Source of the DNA: Phoronis australis
Taxonomy: Eukaryota; Animalia; Phoronida
Direction: 5' to 3'
DNA: 64,000 bases
Assembly: GCA_002633005.1 (NCBI GenBank)
Contig: NMRA01000094.1
Location: 182,006-246,005, forward strand
In this document: positions 1 to 13,512 of the stretch, piece after piece
Numbering within the stretch: the stretch's first letter is position 1
Layout: each line of letters begins with the position of its first letter
Program-made: the position numbers and the translations under genes
The notes under the pieces: generated by a model
Databases searched by the model: none
Told to the model about the DNA's origin: nothing
The model's input: only the letters and a program-made list of their open reading frames with translations

Positions 1-3000
1 GAGGTGTATTTGTAGAGCACCTCCTCCTATTAGCGCACTGGTTCATCAATAGCCAGTTATGGTCTGAAACAGTATTCCGCATTAAATTGTCCTTGCGAAG
101 CAAATGTGAGCACAAACTTCACCCCCCCCCCCCNNNNNNNNNNNNNNNNNNNNNNNNNNNNNNNNNNNNNNNNNNNNCCCCCCCCCCCCTGTCGACTCCA
201 GTTACACCTCCGCCATCACCCAGTTTCGTCCCGAGATCACTAGTTTGACCCCCCCCCCCCATCCCCTGTCGACACCCATTATACCCCCACTAGCTCCCCC
301 ATTGTGTCACAACCAGTTGTATTCCCAACAACAGATTTGCTTTCCCTTTTGGTATCTTTAGCAAGTCCTTGGAAGGGGGAGTCATAAACTGCTGGTTTTG
401 TCAAACTTTTGCCGTCGTGGTAAGATTCTTTCGTGGCCTTCGCCAATTTCGCACCTCATCATACAAGGCGTACAGACTACTGTTTGTGAAGCGAACTCCT
501 GGGAGGCAAAGGAGCATTAATTTCAAACAATATTAAAAAACAATATTCAAATACCTGCTTGATTTAGACAAAGAAAATGGTACAGCGCTTATCGGCATAT
601 AAACTTGCAAAACACGCCCGTTTTATTAGCAACCTGGCTCCTTTTAATGAAAGCTGTTGGTTCATTCAAACAGGTATAATGTTTGCACCGATGGAAATGT
701 CAAAGGTAGAGGGGTAGTCAAATTATTTCTTACTCAGATTGAAAGGGATTTTGGGCTTGGAAAACCTGAGAGATCGTGACTGGCTCCGTCACTTTAAATA
801 TGTTATGTGCTAAGCTTACCCCACATTACAAAACAACCGTTAATTCTTCCCAAGCTAATCTATTAAAAAAATTTTGCTCAAGTCGGATTCATAGTAGATC
901 TACCGTTTTTGTTCGTCTTCAGAAACATGACATGCACATGCAAGCGAATCGAAGACCCAGCTGTAAGCGAATCACAGACCAATGCAGGCTGTAAACGAGC
1001 CGTAAGCCCATTTTCAAGGCAATTTAGTGATAGTTAATAATACTCATTGTTCGTGGTCAGTGCATACATTGAGTTCATGGCACGGACACTTCTTGTCCAA
1101 AGCGAGAGGCTGAATATACAAATGAAGGAATCGTTTGCTTAAAAGAACAAACAATCCATCGATAGCTTTACAAGAGCTAGAGAGTCGTATTCGATGTGTG
1201 CGGAAAACAGTAGTGCTTTTTATGAATTTTTACGGGTTCAAGCAGACATCCTGCAATTAAAATGATGCCTACTCTGTGTACATCATTCAAAAGCTAATCC
1301 TTTGTTTTAAAGTTTTTGCCGAAGTCGCATTCATAGCAGATTTGTCGCATTTGTTCGTTTTCCGACACATGATATATACATGGTAGACCCAGCGAATCGT
1401 AAACCCGGCCATGTGTGCTGTTGAATAACAGTAAGCACATGCACCTACATGCGTTCGAAACACGTTGCAGACGTTGCATAATGAACACGAACTGCATGTG
1501 ATTCACGTTCACCGACGAGGCATGAACATTATGAGTGAGCCTCACTTATGTCAGTAACTATACGGGAACACCACTAGATCCAGGTAGCACCAATGAGCTA
1601 CTATCTTCTACATTTATCTCATTGGGTAACACCATGTCATTACTTACCAAAAGATGGCGTTTATGTTGTACTTCCCGTGTTAAAATGGTCGAACTGAAAC
1701 GCACACAAAACCAGGCGCATCTTACGAAAGCCGTCGTATACCAATTTTACATTTAAGTACAGGAACAACATTTTTGTTAAAACTTAGTTCTCAATACTAC
1801 TCGATTTTTTGTAGGATTCTCTAAATGTTAGGACTAAAATGACTTACTGGATTACTGAATTTCTTATTTTAGAAAACTTTCAGTGAAGTTTGAACTCATA
1901 TTTAAAATAGTTCTATTATGAGCATTTCTGAAAGCGGGCAATGACGTCACATTAATTCAGTACATTCATCATTCCTTGATTGCATATTGTAAAGTCCTTA
2001 CCTAGCTCACCTGTTACTCAAAATTTTTAATGATTCACGCATAAAAATGCTGTGAGTGTTTGCTAAGGAACCTCCGACTATTTCATTGTTGTCAAAATTG
2101 GAGATCCGCCAATAATGACTTATCACCATCGGGCGCCCAGGCAGCCAGTCTCAGTGTGAAACAAAAATCGGTTCTTGTCTGTAACTGTGCCTGCCGGTAC
2201 TAATGTTTATGGTACCATAGACAATTTCTCCGTCATTACTGTTGGACTGTATTCCTTGGTAAATGGCTGAGATCGACGATTTTGAGTCACTCTCAGGGAT
2301 AAAAAGGCAAGCGACGTCTGCTCTCGTAATACGAGAAGTAATACGAGAATTGTTGGAAAATCACTTTCTTTCGGTGCACATTTTTATTTGCGTATTTAAC
2401 GACACTATAGAATTGGAGTCCTTCTCCGAACTTCCGTGTCGAGTTTTCCCTAGTAAAGAGACTATACGAATCCTTCAGTGAAAAGTGCTTCCATCGCACG
2501 CGTCCAACCAGTTACTGTACCGATCAAAACGTGACATCAAACGGCGGTACATGTTTTTTCCGACAACCCTAGTGAACCCAGTCGTCGATCGATCTCCAGA
2601 TAGAATGACGGTGAAATTATGCGAGAAGTCCTCAGAAATTATCCACAAAACGTTTAAAACAAGGACTGACTGCCAAACAACTTCAGTGCTTACACGGGCG
2701 ACAAAAACGAAGACTTTGCCGTAAAGAACTGCGATGAATTAGTCTATAGCCTAATTAAAACTGCCCGTGTCAGAAATCCTCGAGTTGATTTTTCCTAAAC
2801 ATGATATTCACTTACTAGTAAATCACTTCAGCCCTTTTCAATTACTTAAACGGTCCAAAAATCTCGGAATGTTCAAATGGGCCCAACCCAGGGTACGTGC
2901 AAAAAAGCAAGGTACGCAAAGTCATGCACCAGTTCGAGTATGCTCGAGCGCTTTCTACCAAAATGGCGGACACTGAAATGATTGGGATGTTGAATTTTTG

Positions 3001-3068
3001 GCTAGATTTCACTGCTTTAGTTTTATAAGCTAAGTTTGGATTCGTGACAGCAATAAACGTCTGCGTAT

Positions 3069-3310
3069 CCATGCAGGGGTAGGGCTCGGGGGGCTCGAAC
3101 GAGCCCCCCATTTGGCGAAGTGGGCAAAAAGGTCCGCCCCTCAGAGACAAAAGTCCGTGAAAATGGGACAAAAGTTCACTAAAGCGCAAACGCGCACTTC
3201 ACAGTGGTGCTCCCGTTTTTTTTTTTAGTCCGCCCGCTCTTTTGTTAGCAAAAAGTCCACAAAGTCAGGAATTCGAGCCCCCCCATATTGAAGGCTGGGT
3301 GCGCGCATGG
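3069..3310. mobile_element. MITE-like element (CCATG... termini, G/C-run subterminal motifs)
   Basis: ccatgc...gcatgg ends; a related inverted copy at about 19523-19772 shares ggctgggtgcgcgcatg and gggggggctcgaa. Confidence 0.55.
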
Positions 3311-3744
3311 TATCGCTCTTTTTAGATTAATATAAAATTGTCTGTTATGAGTGTGAATGCGTTCTACGTTGATAAGCATGACGTATGGTATGTTAGTATT
3401 CCCGATCACCGCTGTACGTAAATAGTAACATTTACAACGAGGTCCGTTTTTGTTAAATAATTCTCAATCTTCACTAAAAACTACATCTGTTCGTTAGTTA
3501 CCCAACGCTCTACGGTAGGGTCATGTTATATAGGTCACCAGAGGAATGTGTGGTTAACTGTATAGGAAAAGCACGAGATAAGGTACACAGGTGTAAGACA
3601 GTCTCCAATCGTCCACCTCGTACCCAACTGGATAGAGCACCACCATGATGTTGACTGAAGGCTCATCTCAACGTTCAAAATGTTGCAAAGGAAGTTCGAT
3701 GCCGGCAGGGGCGAAGAATGGAATTGCTTTGACACCTTGGAAAT

Positions 3745-3925
3745 GTATATACTGACTGTAATATTTATACTGTCTATAATGTATATACTGACTATAATAT
3801 TTATACAGACTATAATGTATACGAGTATACTGACTATAATGTATATACTGACAATAATGCACATCTGACTATAATGTTTATGCAGACTATAATGTAGGGC
3901 CTATATGACGGTTATAATGTGTACT
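3745..3925. repeat. Degenerate minisatellite (gactataatgtatatact-like)
   Basis: About 9 copies of roughly 18-22 bp. Confidence 0.8.
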
Positions 3926-4603
3926 GCAACACCCAGAGAAAGATCGCAGACAATGATTGCAAGCATAAAACTACCTTCTTGGCAAAGTATTCTTTCAATT
4001 AATTTGTCGTACAGTTATTCTAAGCAAGTATTGTCTAATTCAATCGAATGCTTGGTGTACAAATAACACAAAAACGCTAACACGTTATTTCTTGTCATTT
4101 AGTGTAACGAACAGGGATATGTCCTGCATTATGCAGTAGATTAAAGTTAACTCTGTGAAAAACATAGTGTCCTATTATAAGAACCTCATCCACGCTCACC
4201 ATCTGTGCGATTTCAGTTTCAGATTGGATGTTTATTTGTACACAGTTACTAAAGCTCCTGCTGTAATCTTTCACACCCACTACTTCCATTATAGTTTAAA
4301 TCGTCATCTGTCAAGTTAGTTCGTGCACTGTGAGTTTTCTTTTTATTGGAAACTGTTTCTTTTTTCTTTTTAATTCATTAATCAAGTATCTGTGTTTGGT
4401 GAAACAGTATGTCAATAAGACGGGTGGTCTTCTCATAATAGGCTTTAACTAGCAACTTTAAGTGGTCTACTGTCGCTGTCTGTTAGCTTACACTATTTAG
4501 ACCGCTTTTTGTTTGCTGCGTCTACTAAGTTCTCAATGTAGTTTTACAGACTGTTATTTTTTAAAGCCACGATGTGACTTATTGCTCATCGCACAGAACT
4601 GTC

Positions 4604-4830
4604 GTCACGTGATCAAAACACCACCACGAAACCTCCCGCCTGTCAATCAAGGGTGGCGTTTATATCAGTCAACCACTTAGGCCGGGTCATTTCACTTGAA
4701 TAAATCCACAACTCCGTTCTACAATTACTTTCAAGTCGTGTGGCACTTCTCAAAGACGGGAGATGTCAAATTCATGACACAACGGTGAAAAGCCGTTCTA
4801 GAGCAGTCTTTGATTACGGTTCTATATAAA
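4604..4830 (+). promoter_or_regulatory. Candidate FoxL2 proximal promoter
   Basis: E-box GTCACGTGA 4604-4612; CTGTCAATCA 4640-4649 (reverse complement of the Pbx-Meis/Prep decamer TGATTGACAG); TTTATAT about 4659; TATATAAA about 4823, roughly 110 bp before the ATG. Motif matches only. Confidence 0.4.
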
Positions 4831-4934
4831 CTACCAAGAGAACCGACTCGGCGTTTGGCATTTGACTATATGTTCGAGGCTGGACATTGAACGCTTGGTT
4901 TCTTTTTTTAAATTCTTGACGGTAAAGAAGACTC

Positions 4935-5879
4935 ATGTTGGTTGGAACAAAGCCCGAGATGTTTCCTGCCTTCACCAGTGACGAAAACATGAACTTTGGA
5001 GGCGGCCAGCACGTGGAAGACATTAGGCGACATGGATGCGTCAAAATGGAAGTAATGTCGCAAAATACAAATTGCCTTCGTACTAATGGACCGATGAAAA
5101 AGGAAGAGACTTTGACGAAATTCAATGATCAGTCGCAGCCGCAAAGTGGCAAGGGAGAAGGGAAGGAAGGGAAGAAAGAGGTGCTTCAGAAACCTGCATA
5201 TTCTTACGTTGCTTTGATTGCTATGGCGATAAAAGAATCGCCAGAAAAGAAGTTGACATTGAGTGGAATTTATCAGTTCATCTTGAAGAAATTTCCTTAT
5301 TATGAGAAAAATAAGAAAGGTTGGCAAAACAGCATAAGACATAACCTGAGTTTAAACGAATGTTTTGTGAAAATTCCACGAGAAGGAGGTGGTGAGAGAA
5401 AGGGGAACTTCTGGGCGCTCGACCCAGCTTTCGATGACATGTTTGAAAAGGGTAATTATCGCCGTCGTCGACGTATGAAGCGACCCTACAGACCTCCAAT
5501 TGCTTTACCTAAACCGCTATTCGCTGATGGATCCGCGTGCAATTTCAATGGGTTTGGGAGTCATCCAGGCGGTGGCTTCGGATTGGGTGCCCCTAAAACC
5601 TATATGAGTTCTGGTTATAGCAGCCCGTGGTCGATACCTCATCCCGGCGTTCATGCACCCACTCACACTTCGGCTCAGCTGACGTATAATCCTTGTCAAA
5701 GAATGCAAAGTATCCCGCCTTCTTTCAACTCGAACATGAGTCCGTACAGTCAGCACAACGTTCAGCCGAGTCCAATCTATGGAGACTACAGCTCGGCTTC
5801 ACCAGGGGCGTTCTCCTTTACGTGTCGACAACCGCAGAGCGACCACATACCTTATCCGTACTGGAACGACCGACAATAA
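4935..5879 (+). CDS. FOXL2: Forkhead box protein L2, single exon, 314 aa
   Basis: Forkhead domain [17 protein letters not shown]...[43 protein letters not shown]...[18 protein letters not shown] is the FoxL2-diagnostic sequence; intronless as is usual for the family. Confidence 0.95.
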   Translation: MLVGTKPEMFPAFTSDENMNFGGGQHVEDIRRHGCVKMEVMSQNTNCLRTNGPMKKEETLTKFNDQSQPQSGKGEGKEGKKEVLQKPAYSYVALIAMAIKESPEKKLTLSGIYQFILKKFPYYEKNKKGWQNSIRHNLSLNECFVKIPREGGGERKGNFWALDPAFDDMFEKGNYRRRRRMKRPYRPPIALPKPLFADGSACNFNGFGSHPGGGFGLGAPKTYMSSGYSSPWSIPHPGVHAPTHTSAQLTYNPCQRMQSIPPSFNSNMSPYSQHNVQPSPIYGDYSSASPGAFSFTCRQPQSDHIPYPYWNDRQ

Positions 5880-6294
5880 CTGAACGAACTACATAGTACG
5901 GTGAGACAATTCAATAAGTATGTGCTGTGCGTTTGACTGTCCGAAATAAGCAGGAAATCAAACAAACGTACCCAAAGATGAAAGCACATTTTTGAAACAA
6001 ATTTTGTTTCTGACGGAGTGACTGAAACGGACATGAAAAGTGTCCAAGTTCCAAATAATATATGTAAACTGTTTCGAGATTTTTGGAAGATATTGACAGT
6101 TGCCATGATTGTGGTGAATGATCTACTTGCACATGTGTAGCGTATGGCGCAATGTCTCTCTTGTAAGGGAAAAGTGATCATCGTCTTTGAACGTTTAACG
6201 TTGTGCTCGCTCTTGAATATATTTTTATTGTGTGTGGTTAAATTCAGTTCAATTGGGATTTCATGGCCTTGCGTAATATAGTCGTTCTGAAGAA

Positions 6295-6300
6295 AATAAA
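6295..6300 (+). terminator. Candidate polyadenylation signal of FoxL2
   Basis: AATAAA about 415 nt after the stop codon. Confidence 0.4.
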
Positions 6301-6439
6301 TGAAAGATGTCAAAATATCGAATTAAATATTTTCATAAGAAATTCCCAGAGTAGAATACGAACCAAATTCTTGGCTTCCATTGGTTGATAACTCTATTTA
6401 CAAAAGTGCAGCTTTGTATATATGACAAGGGTGGAAATT

Positions 6440-6652
6440 CAGTGGCGGATCTAGGATACCATAAGGTGGGGGGCCCAACATGTTGCCTCAGGGAATTGGG
6501 CAAAGCGCGATTGTTTGTGCACAGGCCTGAAAGTGCGGGAGCCGGGGATGTGGACCTTCTGTTCAGAAAGTCTATTGGTGGAGACTAAAAAAAAAAACGG
6601 GAACACTATTCCGCCGCGACCTGAGGTCTGAGCCACCCCTCATCCGCTACCG
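6440..6652. mobile_element. MITE-like element with CAGTGGCGGAT termini
   Basis: cagtggcggatc ... atccgctaccg imperfect terminal inverted repeats. Confidence 0.5.
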
Positions 6653-8603
6653 GTCCTAGTTACTGAATTCAATATTTCCTCAAGCTTCACGGTCTTGTTG
6701 TTTCATTCTGATTGCGGCCCCCTGCCCCCCCCCCCCAAATCCGCCTATGAAATTGTTGTAATCAAGAAAGAAACTACGCGCTTTTGTCTTTGTTCTTATT
6801 GATGAGCTTCGTTATACTTCAAAGGAATAAAGAGTTGATTTCATCACAGCCAAGATCCCGTTTTAATCAGTATTTTTTAAATTCATGGCAGTGCTAACCA
6901 GTCAATATTATGAAAGAACAACTTTGAAATAACAAGTCAACTGAGCCGTAAAGATCTATGAAATAAGCGGGAGAACGAAAATTGTGGAGAGACTCTAGTA
7001 AGTCAGTAAGTTGCACGTGCATCCTGCAGTTGAATGACTAATTTCAAATAGTCATGTATCTAAAATGTTAAAAAGTGTCTCAATTAAAACGCTTTTAAGC
7101 CTGTAACATAATCGTCTTGATTACGAAAGTTCTCTGCGTAATTATTGCAAGCCTCTGATGCTGAGGCTGCGAAACTTGAATAGGTTTTTTCATTGGTACG
7201 TAAAGCGAATGCATTTGCAGTCAAGAAGTTTAATTGCTTTATTGGAACAAAATCCCGTATGCATAATTTTAATGTGTTAAAACAAGAAGATGGAGTTATT
7301 TTTCCGTTGTTTTAGCTCGAAAAAATATTTTTTCCACAAACCGACTTGTAGTAAAGGAATATAACACAGTTGCGTTTAGAAATTATTTCCGTTCATTTAG
7401 ACGTTATTGAAATATTATTTTCGTATTTTCGAAGTAAGAAATTTTCCTTGTTTTACATAGAATTAAAGCAAGGTCTATACAATGTATTATTTTATACTTT
7501 TGCGAAGTATTAAAGTTCTCTCAGCGGCTGTAGAAACGTTGTTCCAGGGAGAACGCACTTGCATGTGGTTTGAATTTTTATCTGTGTTAAACAAATTGCG
7601 TTTTTCCCTGTTTAGCTGGCTAAGAAACGAAAATATAATTAGAATTTTACTCTCATAAAATGGTCTAACAATAATCCTCGCCGGAATAGGATGCTACTTC
7701 CGTTTCCTACTCAAGTCACAAGCAATGCGTTTATGCCCCATGCAATTTTTTTAGGTGGTCGAAGCGCCCTCGTGAGTGGCTGATGGTCTCGGTGTTCTTG
7801 TTGCCAGGATCAAATGCAGCTTTAAAATACTAACAAACAAGCATTTGATAAACTGAGGAGGTGACCTTTGCGTCTTCATCATTTATTGGAGTAAAACCTT
7901 GGTAAAATGAGTGATCTATAGTTGATAAGAAATAAAAGTTGGTGACATTAAAAGAACAAATTGTTAGCAAGGCGTTATCACAAAATCATAAAGTTTGCCA
8001 GTTGCAAATAGTCAGAAGTCGTACAAGAAGCCTCTTTCATCATTCTATCTGTAGAACCACCAACATAATACCAGTGCTACGATAAATGCTGCAGGAAGAG
8101 TTAAGTTAATGGTCCTCATAGATAGCCTCCTGTAAACGTTGAAAATGCTGTTGGTGCTGGTCTAAACCAAGGTGAAACAATAGGATTTGACTAATTTCTA
8201 AATGACTTTGTCTTCACGTTATTTCGTCTAGATTGTTCGTTAACCATTACTGAACGAGTGAACCTACCGTACACTCCGTTGTCACACGATCGCTTTCACT
8301 TTTTACAAACTCCCAAGAACCTAACGTAAACAAGACATAAACACGAGCCGCATAGCTACATTAAAAGAACACTCTCGTGAAAAGTGTATTTATTTGCATT
8401 AAATTAGAGGAATATTTAGTTAAACCAAAACGATATCTTAAAAGCAATTTTGTCACGTATCAAATATCCAAGAAACGTTGAGTGACTTCGAACAGAACCG
8501 TTTCGACCAAGCAAATAGTAATTTTGTTATTTGAACGTGGCAAAATGCGAGCAAAAGAAATTGTCTCTAACGTGTCGGTTTTTCGTTACCACGGAAAGCT
8601 GGT

Positions 8604-8787
8604 CACTTTGACTGACATGCAACGTCCAGGAAAGTTATATTGATGATGTTCATTTTGACCGACATGCAACGCCCAGGAAAGTTATATTGATGATGTTCAC
8701 TTTGACTGACATGCAATGTCCAGGAAAGTTATATTGATGATGTTTACTTTGACTGGCATGCAACGTCCAGGAAAGTTATATTAATGA
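8604..8787. repeat. 47-bp minisatellite, about 4 copies
   Basis: cactttgactgacatgcaacgtccaggaaagttatattgatgatgtt. Confidence 0.9.
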
Positions 8788-11700
8788 AAGGGCATGCATA
8801 TGATACTGGGAAAACTGGGACAAATACAAGAAATGATGCCAGGCAGGTAACGGTAATGTCCCATAGTTGATAATGTGAAATTGATTGGACTGACAAAGTT
8901 TTACATTACATAATCCCATGGTTTTTACAAGAGGTTTCAAAACATTCTCCACTTTTTGTAACAATTCTTAGAACAAAATATGAGCACAGGAAAAGCTAAT
9001 GAATAAGCAGACATCGGGACATCGCAATTGATCAGTAGTGAGCAGTCATTTACACTGACTATAACTTAATGTTAAAAATCATCAACCACGTGTTTGTCTG
9101 TAAATTCTCATTTTTCATATTTTCTTATCAAAATGTATGTCCTGACATCGAAGTTTCAAATTGAGGTTATCAGACAGTTGTCGTCTGCTCCGGAGACGAC
9201 TGAAAAAATTGCCTCGCCAATGCCACGTGACAGACACATCGCCAACGTCCACACGCACACTTTCCAGATCTAGAACTGAGCTGACATTCCGCCGACCCGA
9301 GCTAAGTGCCTCGATTTAATTGCTAAATGATGTCGTTAGATCAGGTAAAACACCTTAACAAGAAAAATGTTGTTATTGCAATTACGACTGATGGATACAT
9401 AAATAGCTGACTAATTAAGTCTGACAACCCGCGGCACAGGTTCGACTGAAGATGATACCAGTGAAGGTATGAGGCAGCACAGACAATCTTGCTAGAGTCT
9501 ATCATGTGCAAACTATTTCCAGGTCCGCGCGAAGAATGATGGTGTCACGAACATATTGTGGTTTGGGGCGGGTAAAACCCAGGAGCCACAGGGGCCATTG
9601 CAAAATATCGAGGGCGCCAATCACTTTAGCCGTCTCTTGGCGACAGACCTGCATGAGACATACAATGACAGTATATGGACCCGGGGTGCAGTTTCCTAGC
9701 TTCTAATGCGATTACTAATAGCGATAGTGTTAATGTCAATGGTAGTAACTATAACAGTCTACAAGACTTGGGACCCTTCAACGGGGAGCGCCCATCAACG
9801 CTTATCATTTAAGTCACCTTTACTGTCCTGACATTTTACTGTTTCGGCAAGATTGCCAATCAATCCATCAAGCTAAGTCAAGCCCCAACGTATCTCTGGC
9901 GGACCACTACACTACGTGATCATACAATGGCTTAACTTCCATTGTCATATGTGGGAAACGGTTTGACTATCTGCACAGTCAATTTTAAATCTTCTTTCAC
10001 TTCATCAAGATATAAACAAGTAACAAGGGTGCTTTTTCTACTTTTTATGCCTGTCGAATCGCTGATGACAAACTTAGGGATCAAGCGAAACTTGCTGGCT
10101 TCGGTGGCTCGCAATAGCTGGCTGTTTATTATGGCTCAAGATTGTTGTGACGAATGTTTTCACACCGCGATAAATTTGTTTTTAAACAACGTACACAACC
10201 AACGAAGAGTTACCGTCGAGGTCTGTACGTGTTGTCTAATGTCTAATGACAAACTTGGAGCTGAGTTGACATAATCATGGCGTGCATAACATTGAACGCG
10301 CGATGACAGATTGTGTTTGACAAACTGAGTGTATATTATACAGCCGGGTGTTATATACTCCAACAGTCAATCAAGTATGTTTCACGGACTTTACAGTCAA
10401 TATTTGACTGCTGGGTTTCACAACATAAAACAATTTAAAAACCGAGGTAACTAGTGCTCGCTCTCACGTAGAATCAATATGATGTTCTCCTCCCACTGAC
10501 AAGGGTGTTACTCTTCATCAGAGTAGTCCCGGTGAAAAATGATACCAACATTGGTCAGTGCAAATTACACGAGGGTTAGTTAGGTATATGTATCGGTTTT
10601 ACTTCTTTGGGACGCAGCACAAAGCATTTTGTCTACAGTAAAATGAGTTAGTAAATGTACATCAAACCCCAATCTACAGTCAAAGTTCGTTATGAGTTCT
10701 GGATTGACTCTACCGGCGGAGGGATACATACGCGTATTCATCCGTATGGAGTCTATATGAATGAAATAAGAAAATGCAGAACACCAATATTTCCTAAATG
10801 ACACATTGTCTATGAACATTGGGTGTAGCACAAAAAGTCAGAGGCCTAGCAAGGTAGACCGATTTCCTGTAAAGAGCTAGCCTCTCAATAGTCCAGATCT
10901 GACAGTGCTAAAGTGGTGCGAGTCGACTTTCACGGACTCAGCGCCTCCACCCGTGCACTCGATGAAAGCTGTCTCGCGAACGCTTTAATTGACATCTGAG
11001 TTTATTTACCAATTCTTCGCTAAGTAGTGCATCGTAAGCACGCGAAATGCTAAAAGTTAAACAATAATAAAAAAACGACAACGCGTGTTAGAATTCGATG
11101 GTAACTTGTGAAAATAGTCGAAAGCAATTAAGGAAGCTTTTTAATTAAATGGGGTTAAATTTGAAACACTTGAAGCGATTAGTTTTCACCACGAGATGAC
11201 GTACAAGTGAGTGCCTGTTGTCGAAAGAATATAACAGTTTGAAACTATGAAAGAAATTGTGATTAAAGCATTCGCAATATGGTGGTGGGGGGAGGGGGGG
11301 GGGGNTGGTACAATTATAATAATAATTGGAACAACGAACTCTGCGACGGTTTTATAAGTAGATTTAACGAAGCGTGACCTCTCAAACGATAACGTATATT
11401 ATGGTTTATCAATTTAGGAAAGATACCAAGATTTAAGTATTCTCGTGACGGTGCCTCTCGATTCAATGTCATTTGAGATAAAACGATGGTGCTCTACTGT
11501 CCTTGTTGATGAGAAATAAATCATGTCAAAATTAATAAAACAATCATACAACTGTGATATCTTCGTGTCTGCTGGACAGGGTTCCATGTAGACACCAAAA
11601 ATTCGTGTGTAGGAGCGCTGTTAACAATCATTTTCATTTTGCGAAATCCTTTTTCAGGAACAACAGGACCAACTCATTATTTTTATGTTGTAACATAAAA

Positions 11701-13307
11701 AACGAATGACGCTGGCAGACACTTGACCAGACATTTTGGCTGTGGAGACTGAGTACCAACCTTAAACAACAAGAGCTAAATTTTATGGGAAAATGTTTGA
11801 CGAACATAAGACACCAACGGTTAACATTTACTGCACATCACTTTCACATGAACACGGAGTCATTAACAGTGCGTTAAGAAAAGTTTAAATATTTTTTGTT
11901 TAATTTCAGTGAGCAAAAATATTGATACAATGTGTTACAAAAACATTTTATATCCAAAACATTTCTCTTCGAAACATTTAATATTCACAACAAAGACGGT
12001 TTTATTAAACAATACTTCCTTTTGTTTTGATTACAGGAAAAGTTCGTACGATCAAAAGGTTACGAATTGCACCAAAATATAAGAGCATCTAACTGACGTT
12101 TACAGACGTACAAAACGTTGTGTTACGTAATTCAACAAATGGTGATTTGCGTCCGTTGCAACTTTAAAATTTTTGGCAGTGAATTAGTTTAATGTTGCCT
12201 ACTTGTCACGTGATTACTGCTAGTTTTATTATTTGCACGTGAAGGTGAAGTAGTGATACTCAAAAGAAACAAAAAATAACAAGTCTCGCGGATCAGATGT
12301 ATAGTTTCTCCACGTAGATTTGATTGAAGAGAAAAGTTCCATTGTATTTCCAGTTTTAAACACAAATGTGAAAAGCAGTACTTGCATAGTCTCTAAGAAA
12401 TAAACAAGTATAATTCGTTAGAACATGCGTTATTCCTTAAAGAAACAACGTGACTTAATTGCGAATTTATCTTTATTTGTTCCGATGAAAGACAAATAAT
12501 TCTACAAGTTCACCTCTAAAGTTGGCATCTATGGGTATATATCGCCTGCTAGATTACCGTTATTGCCAGTGAAAAGTAACATTACACGGACCTCGGAATA
12601 ACAAAGCAAGAATAAGTACTAACACTGACCAGATCAAAAGAAATCTCCAACTAAATAAGAACGTTTTTCAGTGGATGTTGAGAATCATGGCACATGTTTT
12701 TTTTTCTAAAGAAATGGAAAGCGCAAAGAAAAGACTTAAAAAAGTGAACTGAACGAGGAGTTGTAGCAATAAATGTGAGAGACAAGCAGCCGCTGCAGAA
12801 GGAGGTGGAGAAAATTGAGTCAGACAGCTAATTGGGCTTTGCGTTCAGAGGTGTGCAAATTTGCTTTTTGTTCAGTTCAATTCCAATCGTGTGAATCATT
12901 TCGCAATCAAAAACGATACTTCTATAAAAGTTTTAATCTGTTTTTAATATCAATCAGTGCGTTTCGATCATCAATTTCACGTTGGGATAAATGTCTGAAA
13001 ATGTGAATTTGACTGAGCATACGATTGAGGATATGTGCCTATTTCATTTAGATCAGATGGCGCGCACTTCTTAACATTGAAGAAAATTACTACTCAACGT
13101 GATTAGGTTTAAAAAATTAGCACGCGTTGAAAGAGCATTATTTAGGTATAAGTGTTGACTAAATCTGTTTGCATTAAAATCTTTTCATAAGTGAAACTAA
13201 CAGAAACAATAATAACAACAATAACAAATTATGTTAAGCGTTGCTGGAAAGAAGATTTAATTGTGCATTTAAATCTAGCTATGGTTGGAGGTGATGGAAC
13301 AGAAGAT

Positions 13308-13512
13308 GTACTGACCGTCGGTCAGCGTACTGACCGTACTAGGCCGGGCCTACATGGTGTTCTCCGTCGGTGAGTGTACTGATCGTACTAGGCCGGGCCT
13401 GCATGGTGTTCTCCGGCGGTGAGTGTACTGATCGTACTAGGCCGGGCCTGCATGGTGTTCTCCGTCGGTGAGCGTACTGACCGCAGGCCTGGCCAACATG
13501 GTGTTCTCCGTC
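13308..13512. repeat. 49-bp GC-rich minisatellite, about 4 copies
   Basis: gtactgatcgtactaggccgggcctgcatggtgttctccgtcggtgagt. Confidence 0.9.

Noticed and set aside
4814-5756. Antisense ORFs over FoxL2
   Set aside because: Shadow frames of the coding sequence; no evidence of an antisense gene from sequence alone.
8604-13512. 47-bp and 49-bp direct repeats as CRISPR arrays
   Set aside because: Head-to-tail units with no unique spacers, eukaryotic context, no cas genes.
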